Positions 1-9,604 of a stretch of 35,204 bases of DNA are shown one piece after another (positions within the stretch are counted from its first letter, which is position 1; each line of letters begins with the position of its first letter). The position numbers and the translations under genes were made by a program. This DNA is from Candidatus Thalassarchaeaceae archaeon. Its GTDB lineage: Archaea; Thermoplasmatota; Poseidoniia; Poseidoniales; Thalassarchaeaceae. The notes under the pieces are model-generated. The model made no database searches, was not told where the DNA came from, and saw only the letters and a list, made by a program, of their open reading frames with translations. The stretch spans positions 1-35,204 of the forward strand of contig JASLJW010000049.1 of assembly GCA_030747885.1 (NCBI GenBank). The letters run 5' to 3'.

Positions 1-729
1 GCTTTACGTGATGCTTTTACAAAGGCTGAAAATGAAGGTATTTTCATTGAATTAATGGCAATAGAACCTGTACAAGGTGAGGGCAATCCTGGACAATGTG
101 TTACTCGAGAATTCTATGATGAAGCACGTCGATTAACCTTAGAACATGGAAGTATGCTTCTCGTCGATTCTATCCAAGCAGGCCTTAGGGGACAAGGCTG
201 TCTTTCAGTAATAGATTACCCGGGATTTGAGGATTGTGAAGCACCTGATTTTGAGACTTGGTCTAAGGCCTTGAATGCAGGTCAATATCCGTTATCAGTA
301 CTAGGGATGAATGAACGCGCTTCTGAATTGTATGTAGTAGGGATTTATGGAAATACGATGACTACTAATCCAAGGGGATTAGAAACAGCAGTTTCAGTTT
401 TGGACAGTATCACTCCAGAACTCCGTGAAAATATTCGAAAGAGGGGATTGGAACTTGTTTCTGGATTACAAAGATTATCAGAAGAAATGCCAGAGATTGT
501 ACTAAAGGTGCAAGGTACGGGCCTTCTTTGCTGCGCTGAATTAAATCCAGAGACGCACATGGTTGTAGGCTTTGGCCAGATTGAAGAGAAGTGCCGAGAA
601 ATGGGATTAGGGATTATTCATGGTGGGAAAAACGCTCTTAGATTCACACCTCATTTCGAGATTACTTCAGAAGAGGTTAATCTTGTAGTTGATCTAGTTC
701 GTGAGGCGCTCATATCTCACCAAGAATGA
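1..729 (+). CDS. lat: Class III PLP-dependent aminotransferase, L-lysine 6-aminotransferase-like (5'-truncated by window edge)
   Basis: The frame is open from base 1 (ALRDAFTKAENEGIFIELMAIEPVQGEGNPG...). It has class III motifs EPVQGEG, DSIQAG and the PLP-lysine region ETWSKALN, plus YGNTMTTNP and HGGKNALRFTPHF. These closely resemble my recollection of Flavobacterium lutescens-type Lat. Substrate is inferred. Confidence 0.75.
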   Translation, partial: ALRDAFTKAENEGIFIELMAIEPVQGEGNPGQCVTREFYDEARRLTLEHGSMLLVDSIQAGLRGQGCLSVIDYPGFEDCEAPDFETWSKALNAGQYPLSVLGMNERASELYVVGIYGNTMTTNPRGLETAVSVLDSITPELRENIRKRGLELVSGLQRLSEEMPEIVLKVQGTGLLCCAELNPETHMVVGFGQIEEKCREMGLGIIHGGKNALRFTPHFEITSEEVNLVVDLVREALISHQE

Positions 730-738
730 GGTTTTTGA

Positions 739-1218
739 ATGTCTTCATCACTTCAAATTGAACAGATTGATGTTTATTCTCCGCATGGCAATGGCCCAAT
801 CAATTATTGGATACGAGACATAATTGAGGGAAGAATTCCGGAGGTAGATGATGAGGTATATTATTGGGTTCACATCCGTGATGCTGAACGAGCAATTGAA
901 ACACTCGAATTGAATAATATTGCAGGAAATTTCTCACTTTCTGGGCGACGTGCATGGGATCAAAGAATGGTATTAGATGAGATTGTTAGGCTTTGGACCC
1001 GATTTCAAAATGCAGTCCATGGAACACACACTGCTGAATCACTGGGTGAATCCCCTTCTCCTGCTGCTTCCCAAGTGGAAGGAAATCAAACAAGGCCTGA
1101 TTTGGGACCGCTTCATGAAGCTATGATGAGTTGTGGTACAGATGGCTGGAGGCCTTTGATAGCAATGCGAGTTGGTTTGATGGAATGTATTGCTGCGGAA
1201 TTAGAAAATTCAAAATAA
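739..1218 (+). CDS. Hypothetical protein resembling the C-terminal domain of extended SDR (NAD-dependent epimerase/dehydratase) without a Rossmann fold
   Basis: 159-aa ORF with SD-like TGAGG overlapping the upstream stop. Segments DVYSP, WVHIRDAERAI and GWRPLIAMRVGL echo the NVYGP, FVHVxDxAxA and GWxPxxxLxxGL elements of extended SDRs. No GxxGxxG motif. Confidence 0.5.
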   Translation: MSSSLQIEQIDVYSPHGNGPINYWIRDIIEGRIPEVDDEVYYWVHIRDAERAIETLELNNIAGNFSLSGRRAWDQRMVLDEIVRLWTRFQNAVHGTHTAESLGESPSPAASQVEGNQTRPDLGPLHEAMMSCGTDGWRPLIAMRVGLMECIAAELENSK

Positions 1219-2199
1219 ATCTGAACCAAGTAGGGGTAACAGTACTGATGCTTCCCCTTCAACAGTAACATGTGGTGCATCTGGTCGGATCTTCCCCCAT
1301 GAAACAGCCTCTCTTGTTCTAGCCCCTGATAATGATCCATCATGTTCGGGAGCAGTAGTAATTCCTACGGCAGAATCTAATCCGCCTCTATATTGATTCC
1401 ACCAGATTACATGATGTTTTGATATGCCTCCGCCTACCATTAATGCGTGAGACGTGTCTGCTGTCCAAGTAAGATCTGATAGAATTTGTTCATCCGCCAA
1501 AAAGTCAATCATAAATTCAGGTGATTTTTGCCGATGCATGAAGAGTTGGGCACCAATACTTCCATCTGAAAGCCCAGGTATTACAATGGGAATTCTATGC
1601 TTTGCTGCATGATGGAGGAAAGATGATTCATCATTTATTCTGTCTCCAAATGCCCAACATAGTTCTACTGAACCAAATCCTAGCCAAGGATTTTCAGGAT
1701 TTATTTTTCTTCGTTCCTCTTCAATTTCTTCTAACCATGGGAGAACAATTGGCTCTAGGATGTCACCATAACATTCGTTTGGAACAATAACATTCCCAAG
1801 TCGATTTAATCCAATGTCTCCTAGTAAAGCATCGTCTAGGTCAAATGAACCATGATAGTAGTGCCTGAATGTTCTTGCAATGTCGTGGTCTAAAGTGCCA
1901 CAGGTTGTGCTGATTACATTGTATGAGCCACTTTTGATTGCTTCAATGAAGAACCCCCTAGTTCCAGTTGCCATGAGGCAAGCTGGAAATGATAGCCAAT
2001 TGAGTACAGATTTTTCAGTATTCTTTGCATTGACTGTTTCGTCAATCGCAGCTCTCAGGATGTCTCTTGCTTTGACTAGTTTTGTTGCAGTAAATCCTCC
2101 TGCAACTTTCATTTGTTCAAACAGTTCGCCTACGGTGTTTGTTTGAGAAAGATCGTAATCCGATACCGGTTGATCGAAGTCCTCCTTCTCGTATGCCAT
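1210..2199 (-). CDS. dys: Deoxyhypusine synthase
   Basis: Motifs GGFTAT, STTCGTLDHD, GLNRLGNV, PGLSDGSIG, GGGISKHH and DGSLSGA, plus the catalytic lysine in EAVSWGK. 329 aa. Confidence 0.95.
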   Translation of the reverse strand: MAYEKEDFDQPVSDYDLSQTNTVGELFEQMKVAGGFTATKLVKARDILRAAIDETVNAKNTEKSVLNWLSFPACLMATGTRGFFIEAIKSGSYNVISTTCGTLDHDIARTFRHYYHGSFDLDDALLGDIGLNRLGNVIVPNECYGDILEPIVLPWLEEIEEERRKINPENPWLGFGSVELCWAFGDRINDESSFLHHAAKHRIPIVIPGLSDGSIGAQLFMHRQKSPEFMIDFLADEQILSDLTWTADTSHALMVGGGISKHHVIWWNQYRGGLDSAVGITTAPEHDGSLSGARTREAVSWGKIRPDAPHVTVEGEASVLLPLLGSDLF

Positions 2200-2256
2200 A
2201 TTACGTGCGAAAGAGCAATCACCTATCGTTTCTATGGAAGATTATATCAAAATTTT

Positions 2257-4641
2257 TCAATTGATAAATTCATTTTCCAATTGGATAATTCTATCTCGTA
2301 TCTTGGCAGCTCTTTCAAATTCCAATCGAGATGCAGCAGTATTCATCTCTTTTCTTAACCGCTCAATTAATTTGATTTTATTTCCAAGAGTTTCATCTTC
2401 TATTCTATGTATTCCTTCTTGCAATGTATCTGAAGCAACCTTAACCCAGGATGGTTGACTGACATTGGATAAAACAGAATCTTCCTCAGTGGCGTGTTCA
2501 CTCCAAGTACCTGCACCTAACCCGAATTTTTTGACTAAATCAGGATCACGCTTCTGTTGAGATTTTGTAAAACTACCAACAAATCTTTTTCCGCCTGAAG
2601 ATCCTTTTCCAGCAGTACCTGCTAGTAATTCTTCCACTTCTTCTCCCATCGTGGGTAGTGCTTTTTTGATGGTTGTAGGTATGATTCCATTTTCTTTGTT
2701 GTATTTCTGTTGTCTCTGTCTCCGTTCTACAGTTTGTTCAATAGCAGCTTGCATGGCAGAACTAACTGAATCTGAATAAAGAATAACCCTCCCATTTTCG
2801 TTCCTTGCAGCTCTTCCAATGGTTTGAAGGAGGCTTCTTTCATTCCGTAAGAACCCCTCTCTGTCCGCATCGAATATGGCAACTAGGCTAACTTCAGGGA
2901 GATCTAACCCTTCTCGTAGTAAGTTAATTCCTACAATTACATCAATATGGCCAATTCTCAATGCTTTGATAATCTCGGATCTTTCTATCGTTCCAATTTC
3001 GCTATGTAGGTAATGTGCCTTAATTCCCATTCGTTGAAGATAATCTGCAACTTCCTCTGCGAATTTAATGGTCAGTACCGTAACTAGAATACGTTCATCT
3101 CTTTGGATACATTCGTTTATTTCATCGAGTAAATCTTGAACTTGTCCCTTAGTCTGACGAACTTCAATTATCGGATCTAGTAGCCCAGTAGGCCGAATTT
3201 CCATCTGTACAATCCCTTCAATTTCATTCATTATATCCAACATACTTCTACGTATTTTTGGATCATTTGATTCGATTGCGCCTCCACCTCCTGGTGCATG
3301 TAGCAATCCTTCAGGTACAGGCTGCCCTGTTACTTCAGCCAAATGTCGAAGTTCTCGTTCACCAGGGGTTGCAGAAACATACACCATTCTTGGAATAAGA
3401 GATTGAAATTCATCTATTCTTAATGGCCTATTGTCAAATGCTGATGGAAGTCGGAAGCCGTGCTCAATCAGATTCCCTTTTCTTGAGCGATCACCTGCAT
3501 GCATCCCCCCTACTTGGGGGAGAGTAACATGACTTTCATCCATGATTACGAGATATTTTTCTGGATCTCCATGAAAGGTTTGAGCACATGCAGACATGAA
3601 ATCAAACAAGCAGTACGGCCTTTCTCCACTATCTCTACCATCAAAGTGTCTGCTATAATTTTCAATTCCTTTACATGTGCCTAGTTCTCGTAATAATTCC
3701 ATATCGAAATCAGTTCGTGTGACAATTCGATGTGCTTCAAGATCATTCCCTTGAGATTTGAACCATTTTTCACGTTCCTTTGTCTCTTCTTCGATTTGTT
3801 CAAGTGCACGCTCAAATGAATCCTCTGACGTAATATAGAATTCCTTAGGGTGAATCCAAGCTTCTTCTATTTCATCGAGGGGCTCAAAACTAATGGATTC
3901 ACAAATTTGAATTTGTTCGATTCCATCGAATCCAAACTTGACCCTGATTGGATCATCTCTACTAGGCATCCAAACATCTAGTACTTCGCCACGAAGCCGA
4001 ATGTCTCCTCGTTGAAATTCTGCTCCACTCACCCTTCCATAGTGTAATCCAACGAGCCCCTTGACGATTTCCATGGGTTGCACTTTTTGCCCCACATGTA
4101 TTCTGAGATGATGCTGGAGAAACGTTTCTGGTGGATTCAACCCATAGATAGTAGATACACTTCCAACTACTACTACGTCTGATCGGGTAACTAGCGAAGC
4201 AACAGTGGAGAATCGTTCTTGTTCAATCCGTTCATTCATTTGGAGTTCTTTGTCGATGTATAAGTCTCGAGTAGGGACGTATGCTTCAGGTTGGTAGTAG
4301 TCATAATGGCTAACAAAATATTCTACAGCATTTTTTGGAAAAAGAGAAGACATTTCTTGCCATAATTGTCTAGCTAGTGTTTTGTTGTGACTGAGTATTA
4401 GAGTGGGGATTTGTAAATGTTCAATAATGTGAGCCATTGCAAAGGTTTTACCAGATCCAGTTACTCCTAATAGTACACATCTTTCTTGTGAATTTTCCAA
4501 TTGAGAAATGATTTTTTCAATTGCTTTTTCTTGGTCTCCCGCCGGATCAAATTCTGCTTCAATTCGAAATGGGATTTGATCTAAATCAGCCCGTTTGCCC
4601 ATTAATTTGGAGAGATCATATGGGTCGTTTTGAGACTGCAT
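2257..4641 (-). CDS. uvrB: Excinuclease ABC subunit B
   Basis: Walker A GVTGSGKT, HNKTLA, beta-hairpin YDYYQPEAY, DESH, SATPG, RPTGLLDP, GINLLREGLDLPEV, QTIGRAARN, and a C-terminal UVR domain LEFERAAKIRD. Start placed at ATG 4641 (MQSQND), just after the upstream stop and SD-like TGAGGATGA. Confidence 0.97.
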   Translation of the reverse strand: MQSQNDPYDLSKLMGKRADLDQIPFRIEAEFDPAGDQEKAIEKIISQLENSQERCVLLGVTGSGKTFAMAHIIEHLQIPTLILSHNKTLARQLWQEMSSLFPKNAVEYFVSHYDYYQPEAYVPTRDLYIDKELQMNERIEQERFSTVASLVTRSDVVVVGSVSTIYGLNPPETFLQHHLRIHVGQKVQPMEIVKGLVGLHYGRVSGAEFQRGDIRLRGEVLDVWMPSRDDPIRVKFGFDGIEQIQICESISFEPLDEIEEAWIHPKEFYITSEDSFERALEQIEEETKEREKWFKSQGNDLEAHRIVTRTDFDMELLRELGTCKGIENYSRHFDGRDSGERPYCLFDFMSACAQTFHGDPEKYLVIMDESHVTLPQVGGMHAGDRSRKGNLIEHGFRLPSAFDNRPLRIDEFQSLIPRMVYVSATPGERELRHLAEVTGQPVPEGLLHAPGGGGAIESNDPKIRRSMLDIMNEIEGIVQMEIRPTGLLDPIIEVRQTKGQVQDLLDEINECIQRDERILVTVLTIKFAEEVADYLQRMGIKAHYLHSEIGTIERSEIIKALRIGHIDVIVGINLLREGLDLPEVSLVAIFDADREGFLRNERSLLQTIGRAARNENGRVILYSDSVSSAMQAAIEQTVERRQRQQKYNKENGIIPTTIKKALPTMGEEVEELLAGTAGKGSSGGKRFVGSFTKSQQKRDPDLVKKFGLGAGTWSEHATEEDSVLSNVSQPSWVKVASDTLQEGIHRIEDETLGNKIKLIERLRKEMNTAASRLEFERAAKIRDRIIQLENEFIN

Positions 4642-4651
4642 TTTCTCATCC

Positions 4652-5377
4652 TCATGGTAGGAACAATCCACCATTCACATGGAGGACAGCCCCAGTGATG
4701 TATGAGGAATCATCGCTACATAAGAAGGAAACCACTGATGCAATTTCTTCCGGCTTTCCAACTCTCCCTATAGGTATCTGATTTTCGCGTTCTTTTCGTT
4801 TAGAGGCGGTATCATTTCCGATGATATCGGTATCAATTGCACCGGGTGCAATGACATTTACTCTCTGGCCTGAATCTGCTAGGTTGATTGCAAGGCTTCT
4901 AGCCCAAGCGTGAAGTGCTCCTTTTGATGCTGCATAATCTGCCCCATGTGGGCTTCCTTTGATTCCCAGTTGGCTGCCAATAGCAATTATTCTTGCATCA
5001 TCATTAAGATGACGAGAAAGTGCAGTATAGACTGCCACCGAACCTCTGAAATTCACTGCCATAGTACGTTCTAGTTCTTGCAAAGAAAGATCCTTTGCAG
5101 AATTACGTTCATACATTCCATGGTTTAGAATTAGCGTATCTATTCCTTCTTGCATCCATGGATGATCTGCTAGAATGAATACCTCGTCAGTATTACCACA
5201 ATCTACCTTTACTGCTACACAATCCACACCATCTTTTCTAAGATCAGAAATAACGGATTCTGCAGATTGAGAATCGTTGTTGTAGGTCATTAATATTCGA
5301 TAACCATCAGCACCCAGGCGTCTAGAAATTGCAGCTCCAATTCCTCTACCCCCTCCAGTAATTATTGCAATACTCAT
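4652..5377 (-). CDS. Short-chain dehydrogenase/reductase, FabG-like (3-oxoacyl reductase family)
   Basis: TGGGRGIG, YAASK catalytic motif, VNVIAPGAIDT, IPIGRVGKPEE, YITGAVLHVNGG. SD GGTGA upstream. Confidence 0.9.
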   Translation of the reverse strand: MSIAIITGGGRGIGAAISRRLGADGYRILMTYNNDSQSAESVISDLRKDGVDCVAVKVDCGNTDEVFILADHPWMQEGIDTLILNHGMYERNSAKDLSLQELERTMAVNFRGSVAVYTALSRHLNDDARIIAIGSQLGIKGSPHGADYAASKGALHAWARSLAINLADSGQRVNVIAPGAIDTDIIGNDTASKRKERENQIPIGRVGKPEEIASVVSFLCSDDSSYITGAVLHVNGGLFLP

Positions 5378-5386
5378 TTTTTCACC

Positions 5387-6331
5387 CTAATTTTGTAATA
5401 GCCCATTTTCTGGTTGAATCAAAATAATAGGGATAAGAAGAATCCACCCTGTTAGCATTGATGTACGGAACAAAACTGTTTGAAAATCCGAAAATTTTTC
5501 TTTCGCAAGAATCACTGCAATATTGGTTAATGCCATTACAGCACTGGCACCTAAGAACCATATTTCATCCATTGGGTTGGATATTGCGAAGCAGGCAAAC
5601 CAAAGCAGTGTTAGTTGAATCGATGTTCTAGTTGTTGCATCCTCTCCAAAACGAGCAGGGAAGGAATATACTCCTGTAGCTCGATCATTTTCAATATCCA
5701 TTCGTGCATAGTTAATATCGAACGATGTAATCCATAGTGCTACTCCTAAACTGATAGGAAAAATAGTAGGTAACCAGAGTAATTCAGTTCCAGTTTCAAA
5801 CATGCCAGTAATTGCTGCCCAACCATGAACATCTGCTGCAATAGCGACCCAAGCTCCAGCAGGTGCAAGTCCTAAGCACAAGCCAAGCCATAGGTGGCAA
5901 AGCCACGTGTAACGCTTAGTATACGGATAGATTACAAAGGCAAGAACAGGGAGCCATGACATCATTAATGCAACTTTATTGAGAAGTCCAGCTCCAATTA
6001 AGAGCATCAAAAGAAAGCAACCTGCGAGAATTGATGCTGTTTGAATAGACATTGTACCTGTTGCTAGATGTCTCCCCTGTGTTCGAGGGTTTGCGGCATC
6101 GATGTCCTTGTCTACAATTCGGTTTAGTGACATTGCAAGGCCTCTAGCGCCAATAGCTGCCACGAGAATCCAGATAAGATCCATTCGAAACCAACTAAAT
6201 TCTGAGACGGGCAAGTCGTGCATGAATTGGTTGAATGCGAGAATATATCCTATGAGGATGAATGGAAGTGAAAATAATGTATGTTCTATTTTTATGAATT
6301 CAAGAATTTCCTTTACACCCATCGAAATCAT
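5387..6331 (-). CDS. UbiA-family prenyltransferase, MqnP-like (futalosine menaquinone pathway type)
   Basis: N-terminal IKIEHTLFSLPF typical of the MqnP group, NRIVDKDIDAANPRT first Asp-rich motif, YPYTKR, FDINYARMD second motif, multiple TM helices. Start at ATG 6331 or 6322. Confidence 0.85.
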   Translation of the reverse strand: MISMGVKEILEFIKIEHTLFSLPFILIGYILAFNQFMHDLPVSEFSWFRMDLIWILVAAIGARGLAMSLNRIVDKDIDAANPRTQGRHLATGTMSIQTASILAGCFLLMLLIGAGLLNKVALMMSWLPVLAFVIYPYTKRYTWLCHLWLGLCLGLAPAGAWVAIAADVHGWAAITGMFETGTELLWLPTIFPISLGVALWITSFDINYARMDIENDRATGVYSFPARFGEDATTRTSIQLTLLWFACFAISNPMDEIWFLGASAVMALTNIAVILAKEKFSDFQTVLFRTSMLTGWILLIPIILIQPENGLLQN

Positions 6332-6333
6332 TC

Positions 6334-8295
6334 CTATTTTAATAGATGAGGGGGCCAATTTCGACTTCCTAATCCATCTTCTTCTGCATGTGACCTAACT
6401 CGTTCAATGGTTTCTTGATTATGGAGTGTGACTGCAGGCCATCTTCTGACTGGGTGGGGGCCATCCATTGATGGAATAGGTGTTGTAGCGTCCCAAGCGA
6501 CCCTACTTTTCCCTATGTCGAATTTAAGGCCACGATCAACATCGAATCTTGCAAATAATTGCCATAGTAACCGTCTTCTTGCTTTTGGGCCATGTAGATC
6601 TAAATCATTATCTGTGATGAAAAGCCATCGTAATGTCTTCGAATTTTGCAATTGCCAAATTGAATTTATCAATTGAGAAATCGTTTCATCCTTATCCTTC
6701 GCAAGTTCTTCATTCAACCCGAACATTCCGTTTTCGGGCATAGGGCGCCCTTCGATTGAAGTCGTCACCACAAGCATACTTGGACGGAGTAGTCTAGCAT
6801 CTGACACTGCATCTAAATCAAGTACAGATTGCAGAAATCCTTCTGGAACTCCTGGAGCCTTGACCTTCCCCTTTCTCCAACCGGGAGCAATACGTTTGGG
6901 AGACCCTTCTGGGCCATCTGAATCACTTCGGGGATCAGCATTTGGTATGGTTGTAGCATCTATCAGAATCTTTGATTGTACATTTTCATATGGTGTTGCA
7001 GGGTCTAATGAATCACCAACCATTCCCTCGATTACAAGTATGTCTTCTCTTGGGTCGACTTTGTCATTTAGAGCATCCAATAATGATTCTAGATTATCCG
7101 GTTCTTGTTCAGAATCAACTGCAACAATGGTTTTGAGGAACATCATTTGTCCCGCCCCGAATAATCCCAACGCTGTTTTCCTTGCTTGTCTAGGGTAACG
7201 TTGTTTTGAAGAAACAATAGCTAAATTATGGAAACCAGTTTCCATTGGTAAGTGCACTCCCATTACATCTCGATGTTGAAACTTTAGCACTGGGCTGAAT
7301 TGCTTTCCAATTGCTTCCCCAAGGAAACCATCTTCCATTGGGGGCAAACCTACTATGGTAGCAGGCATCATTGCATCTTTTCTATGAGTGACAGCTGTTA
7401 CTTTTAGAACAGGATATTGACCTGTATGTGAATAGAATCCAAAGTGATCTCCAAACGGACCTTCTGATTTTGTTTCACCAGGTTCAACATATCCTTCGAT
7501 AATTATATCTGCGTCAGCAGGGACCCAAATATCCTGTGTTAGAGCTTTAACGATTCTTAACCGTCTACGTCCTAAGAATCCCGCAAACATGTATTCTTCT
7601 AAATTATCAGGCAGTGGAGAAATTGCGGAGAAAATGAGTTCTGGAGGTCCCCCGATACAAACTGCAACAGGCATTCTTTTTTCATGATATGATGAGGCAT
7701 GATCGGCTCCATGTTTATGGATTTGCCAATGCAATCCCAACTCTTTCTTACTGTGAACTTGCGCCCTATACATCCCAAGATTATGTTCTCCAGTTTCTTG
7801 ATTTTTTGTTACAACTAATGGCAATGTAATGTAATGCCCCCCATCCATCGGCCATGTTTTTGGAATGGGGAGTCGTGTTAGGTCAACCCCTTCCATAGCA
7901 ACTTCCTGAGAACGTGCACGACGGACTTTTTTTGGAGGTAGTGACAAGGCGTCTCTTGCCAGAGGGAATCCTTTCCATGGTTTTTTGACAAAATTTCCAA
8001 TATCCGGTTTCATTAGTGTAACTAATCTATCTCCTATTTCTGTATCTGAATCTACTTGTAAAGCACGCAAAGTTCGTTCTTTTGTTCCAAAGAGATTCAT
8101 TACTAGGGGAATTTCAGAAATTGTCCCATCTGGTAATTCTGGTTTTTCAAAGATAACTGCTGGACCGCCAGTTTTCACAAGTAAGTCAGCAATACATCCT
8201 GCTTCTAGTTCAACACGAACTGGACGTTCTATCCTGATTGCATCCCCATCTTTTTCGAGAGCACGGACATAACGCTTCAAGGTCTTCCACGCCAT
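6334..8295 (-). CDS. ubiD: UbiD-family prFMN-dependent decarboxylase, MqnL-like long form
   Basis: NLFGT, WPMDGGHYITLP, NLGMYRAQ, WQIHKHG, EGPFGDHFGFY, GLPPMED, and a duplicated C-terminal domain. Start ATG 8295 with SD GGAGGG. Confidence 0.9.
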   Translation of the reverse strand: MAWKTLKRYVRALEKDGDAIRIERPVRVELEAGCIADLLVKTGGPAVIFEKPELPDGTISEIPLVMNLFGTKERTLRALQVDSDTEIGDRLVTLMKPDIGNFVKKPWKGFPLARDALSLPPKKVRRARSQEVAMEGVDLTRLPIPKTWPMDGGHYITLPLVVTKNQETGEHNLGMYRAQVHSKKELGLHWQIHKHGADHASSYHEKRMPVAVCIGGPPELIFSAISPLPDNLEEYMFAGFLGRRRLRIVKALTQDIWVPADADIIIEGYVEPGETKSEGPFGDHFGFYSHTGQYPVLKVTAVTHRKDAMMPATIVGLPPMEDGFLGEAIGKQFSPVLKFQHRDVMGVHLPMETGFHNLAIVSSKQRYPRQARKTALGLFGAGQMMFLKTIVAVDSEQEPDNLESLLDALNDKVDPREDILVIEGMVGDSLDPATPYENVQSKILIDATTIPNADPRSDSDGPEGSPKRIAPGWRKGKVKAPGVPEGFLQSVLDLDAVSDARLLRPSMLVVTTSIEGRPMPENGMFGLNEELAKDKDETISQLINSIWQLQNSKTLRWLFITDNDLDLHGPKARRRLLWQLFARFDVDRGLKFDIGKSRVAWDATTPIPSMDGPHPVRRWPAVTLHNQETIERVRSHAEEDGLGSRNWPPHLLK

Positions 8296-8374
8296 AACCC
8301 TCCGTCTATGTCGACACATGAATATCTTATCTTACAAGCGACTAGTTGATGCACTGGTTTTCTTTCGCTTATTC

Positions 8375-9604
8375 ATGGCCACAACTTGCGATGTACTTGT
8401 TGTGGGTGCGGGGCCAGGGGGAGGCTCCGCAGCATTACACGCATCCAGGTTAGGATTAGACGTCATGGTTATCGAAGATCACAATGAGATTGGAACACCA
8501 GTTCATTGTGGTGAATGCATTTCTGATGTTGCAGTATCTAATCTCGATCTTGAATTACCGATTGAAGTAATCAGCAAGCGAGTGCATGGGATTCGAGTAA
8601 TCTTTCCAGATGGGACAAAGAAATGTCTAACCGAAAAAGGATACGTATTGGAAAAGCATCTTTTTGAACAATGGTTGATGGAACAGGCAGTCGATTTTGG
8701 AGCTAAATTCTTTCCTGATAACAAGTTACAAACAATGGAGAGAATTGAGGAAGATGGCAGATTTGTAGGCCATCTTTGTAATGGTAAAGGAGACGCATTT
8801 CCAATTAGGGCTAGAATTGTAATTGATGCATCTGGAGTTGCAGGTGTTTGTTCAAAAATATTAGAACTTAATGAGCGACCCAAAGTAATTGCAGGAATGC
8901 AATATGAAATGCTTGAAGTTCCAACCGATGATTATCTCGATTTTTACATCTGGCCCGAATATGTTGAGAAAGGGTATCTGTGGATGATTCCCAAATGTGA
9001 TGGGCGTGCTAATGTTGGATTGGTTACTGAGGATAAGAGTGGAGCAGTGAAAGAATTAGATCGTTTTATTTCGGATATGCCTGAATTTAACCAACTAGAA
9101 ATTGTAAATCCTCCCTGGAGAGATGATGGCCGCAAAATTCGCGGGTTCGGAGGAACAATTCCCATTTCAGGCCCTCATAAGCGAACACATTCAGACGGGG
9201 TTCTCTTGATAGGAGATGCTGCAGGATTTACCTCTCCATTGTTTGAGGGGGGTTCACATTTAGCATTGAAATCTGCTCAATTTGCTGCGATTACTGCTGC
9301 TGATGCAATATCGAAGAATGATGTCTCTGCTAGTGTTCTAGGAAGTTACCCTCAGAAATGGAAGTCTGAATTCCCACCATATGAGAAGATATTGAGAGGA
9401 AAAAGTGCGCTATATTCACTTTCTGAACAAGATATGTCTATCATGGCTCGTTGTTTTCCTGAAGAGATGTCGAATATGGGAGTTTCAGGAAAATCAATGG
9501 TTGTGCTTCGCTTGTTATTGCGAAGACCGAGTTTATTTTTCCGAAGGATTATTCCAGCAATGTTGGCATTTGGTTACAGTCGAGCTAAGCACTATGGTTG
9601 GTAA
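8375..9604 (+). CDS. Geranylgeranyl reductase family flavoprotein (DGGR/MenJ-like)
   Basis: DVLVVGAGPGG FAD motif, PVHCGE, GYLWMIP (YxWxFP-like), IGDAAGFTSPLFEGG. Start ATG 8375 (MATTCDV). Confidence 0.9.
   Translation: MATTCDVLVVGAGPGGGSAALHASRLGLDVMVIEDHNEIGTPVHCGECISDVAVSNLDLELPIEVISKRVHGIRVIFPDGTKKCLTEKGYVLEKHLFEQWLMEQAVDFGAKFFPDNKLQTMERIEEDGRFVGHLCNGKGDAFPIRARIVIDASGVAGVCSKILELNERPKVIAGMQYEMLEVPTDDYLDFYIWPEYVEKGYLWMIPKCDGRANVGLVTEDKSGAVKELDRFISDMPEFNQLEIVNPPWRDDGRKIRGFGGTIPISGPHKRTHSDGVLLIGDAAGFTSPLFEGGSHLALKSAQFAAITAADAISKNDVSASVLGSYPQKWKSEFPPYEKILRGKSALYSLSEQDMSIMARCFPEEMSNMGVSGKSMVVLRLLLRRPSLFFRRIIPAMLAFGYSRAKHYGW

Noticed and set aside
5387..6331. UbiA as archaeal lipid DGGGP synthase
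   Set aside because: The IKIEHTLFSLPF N-terminus and adjacency to an MqnL-type UbiD point to quinone prenylation.
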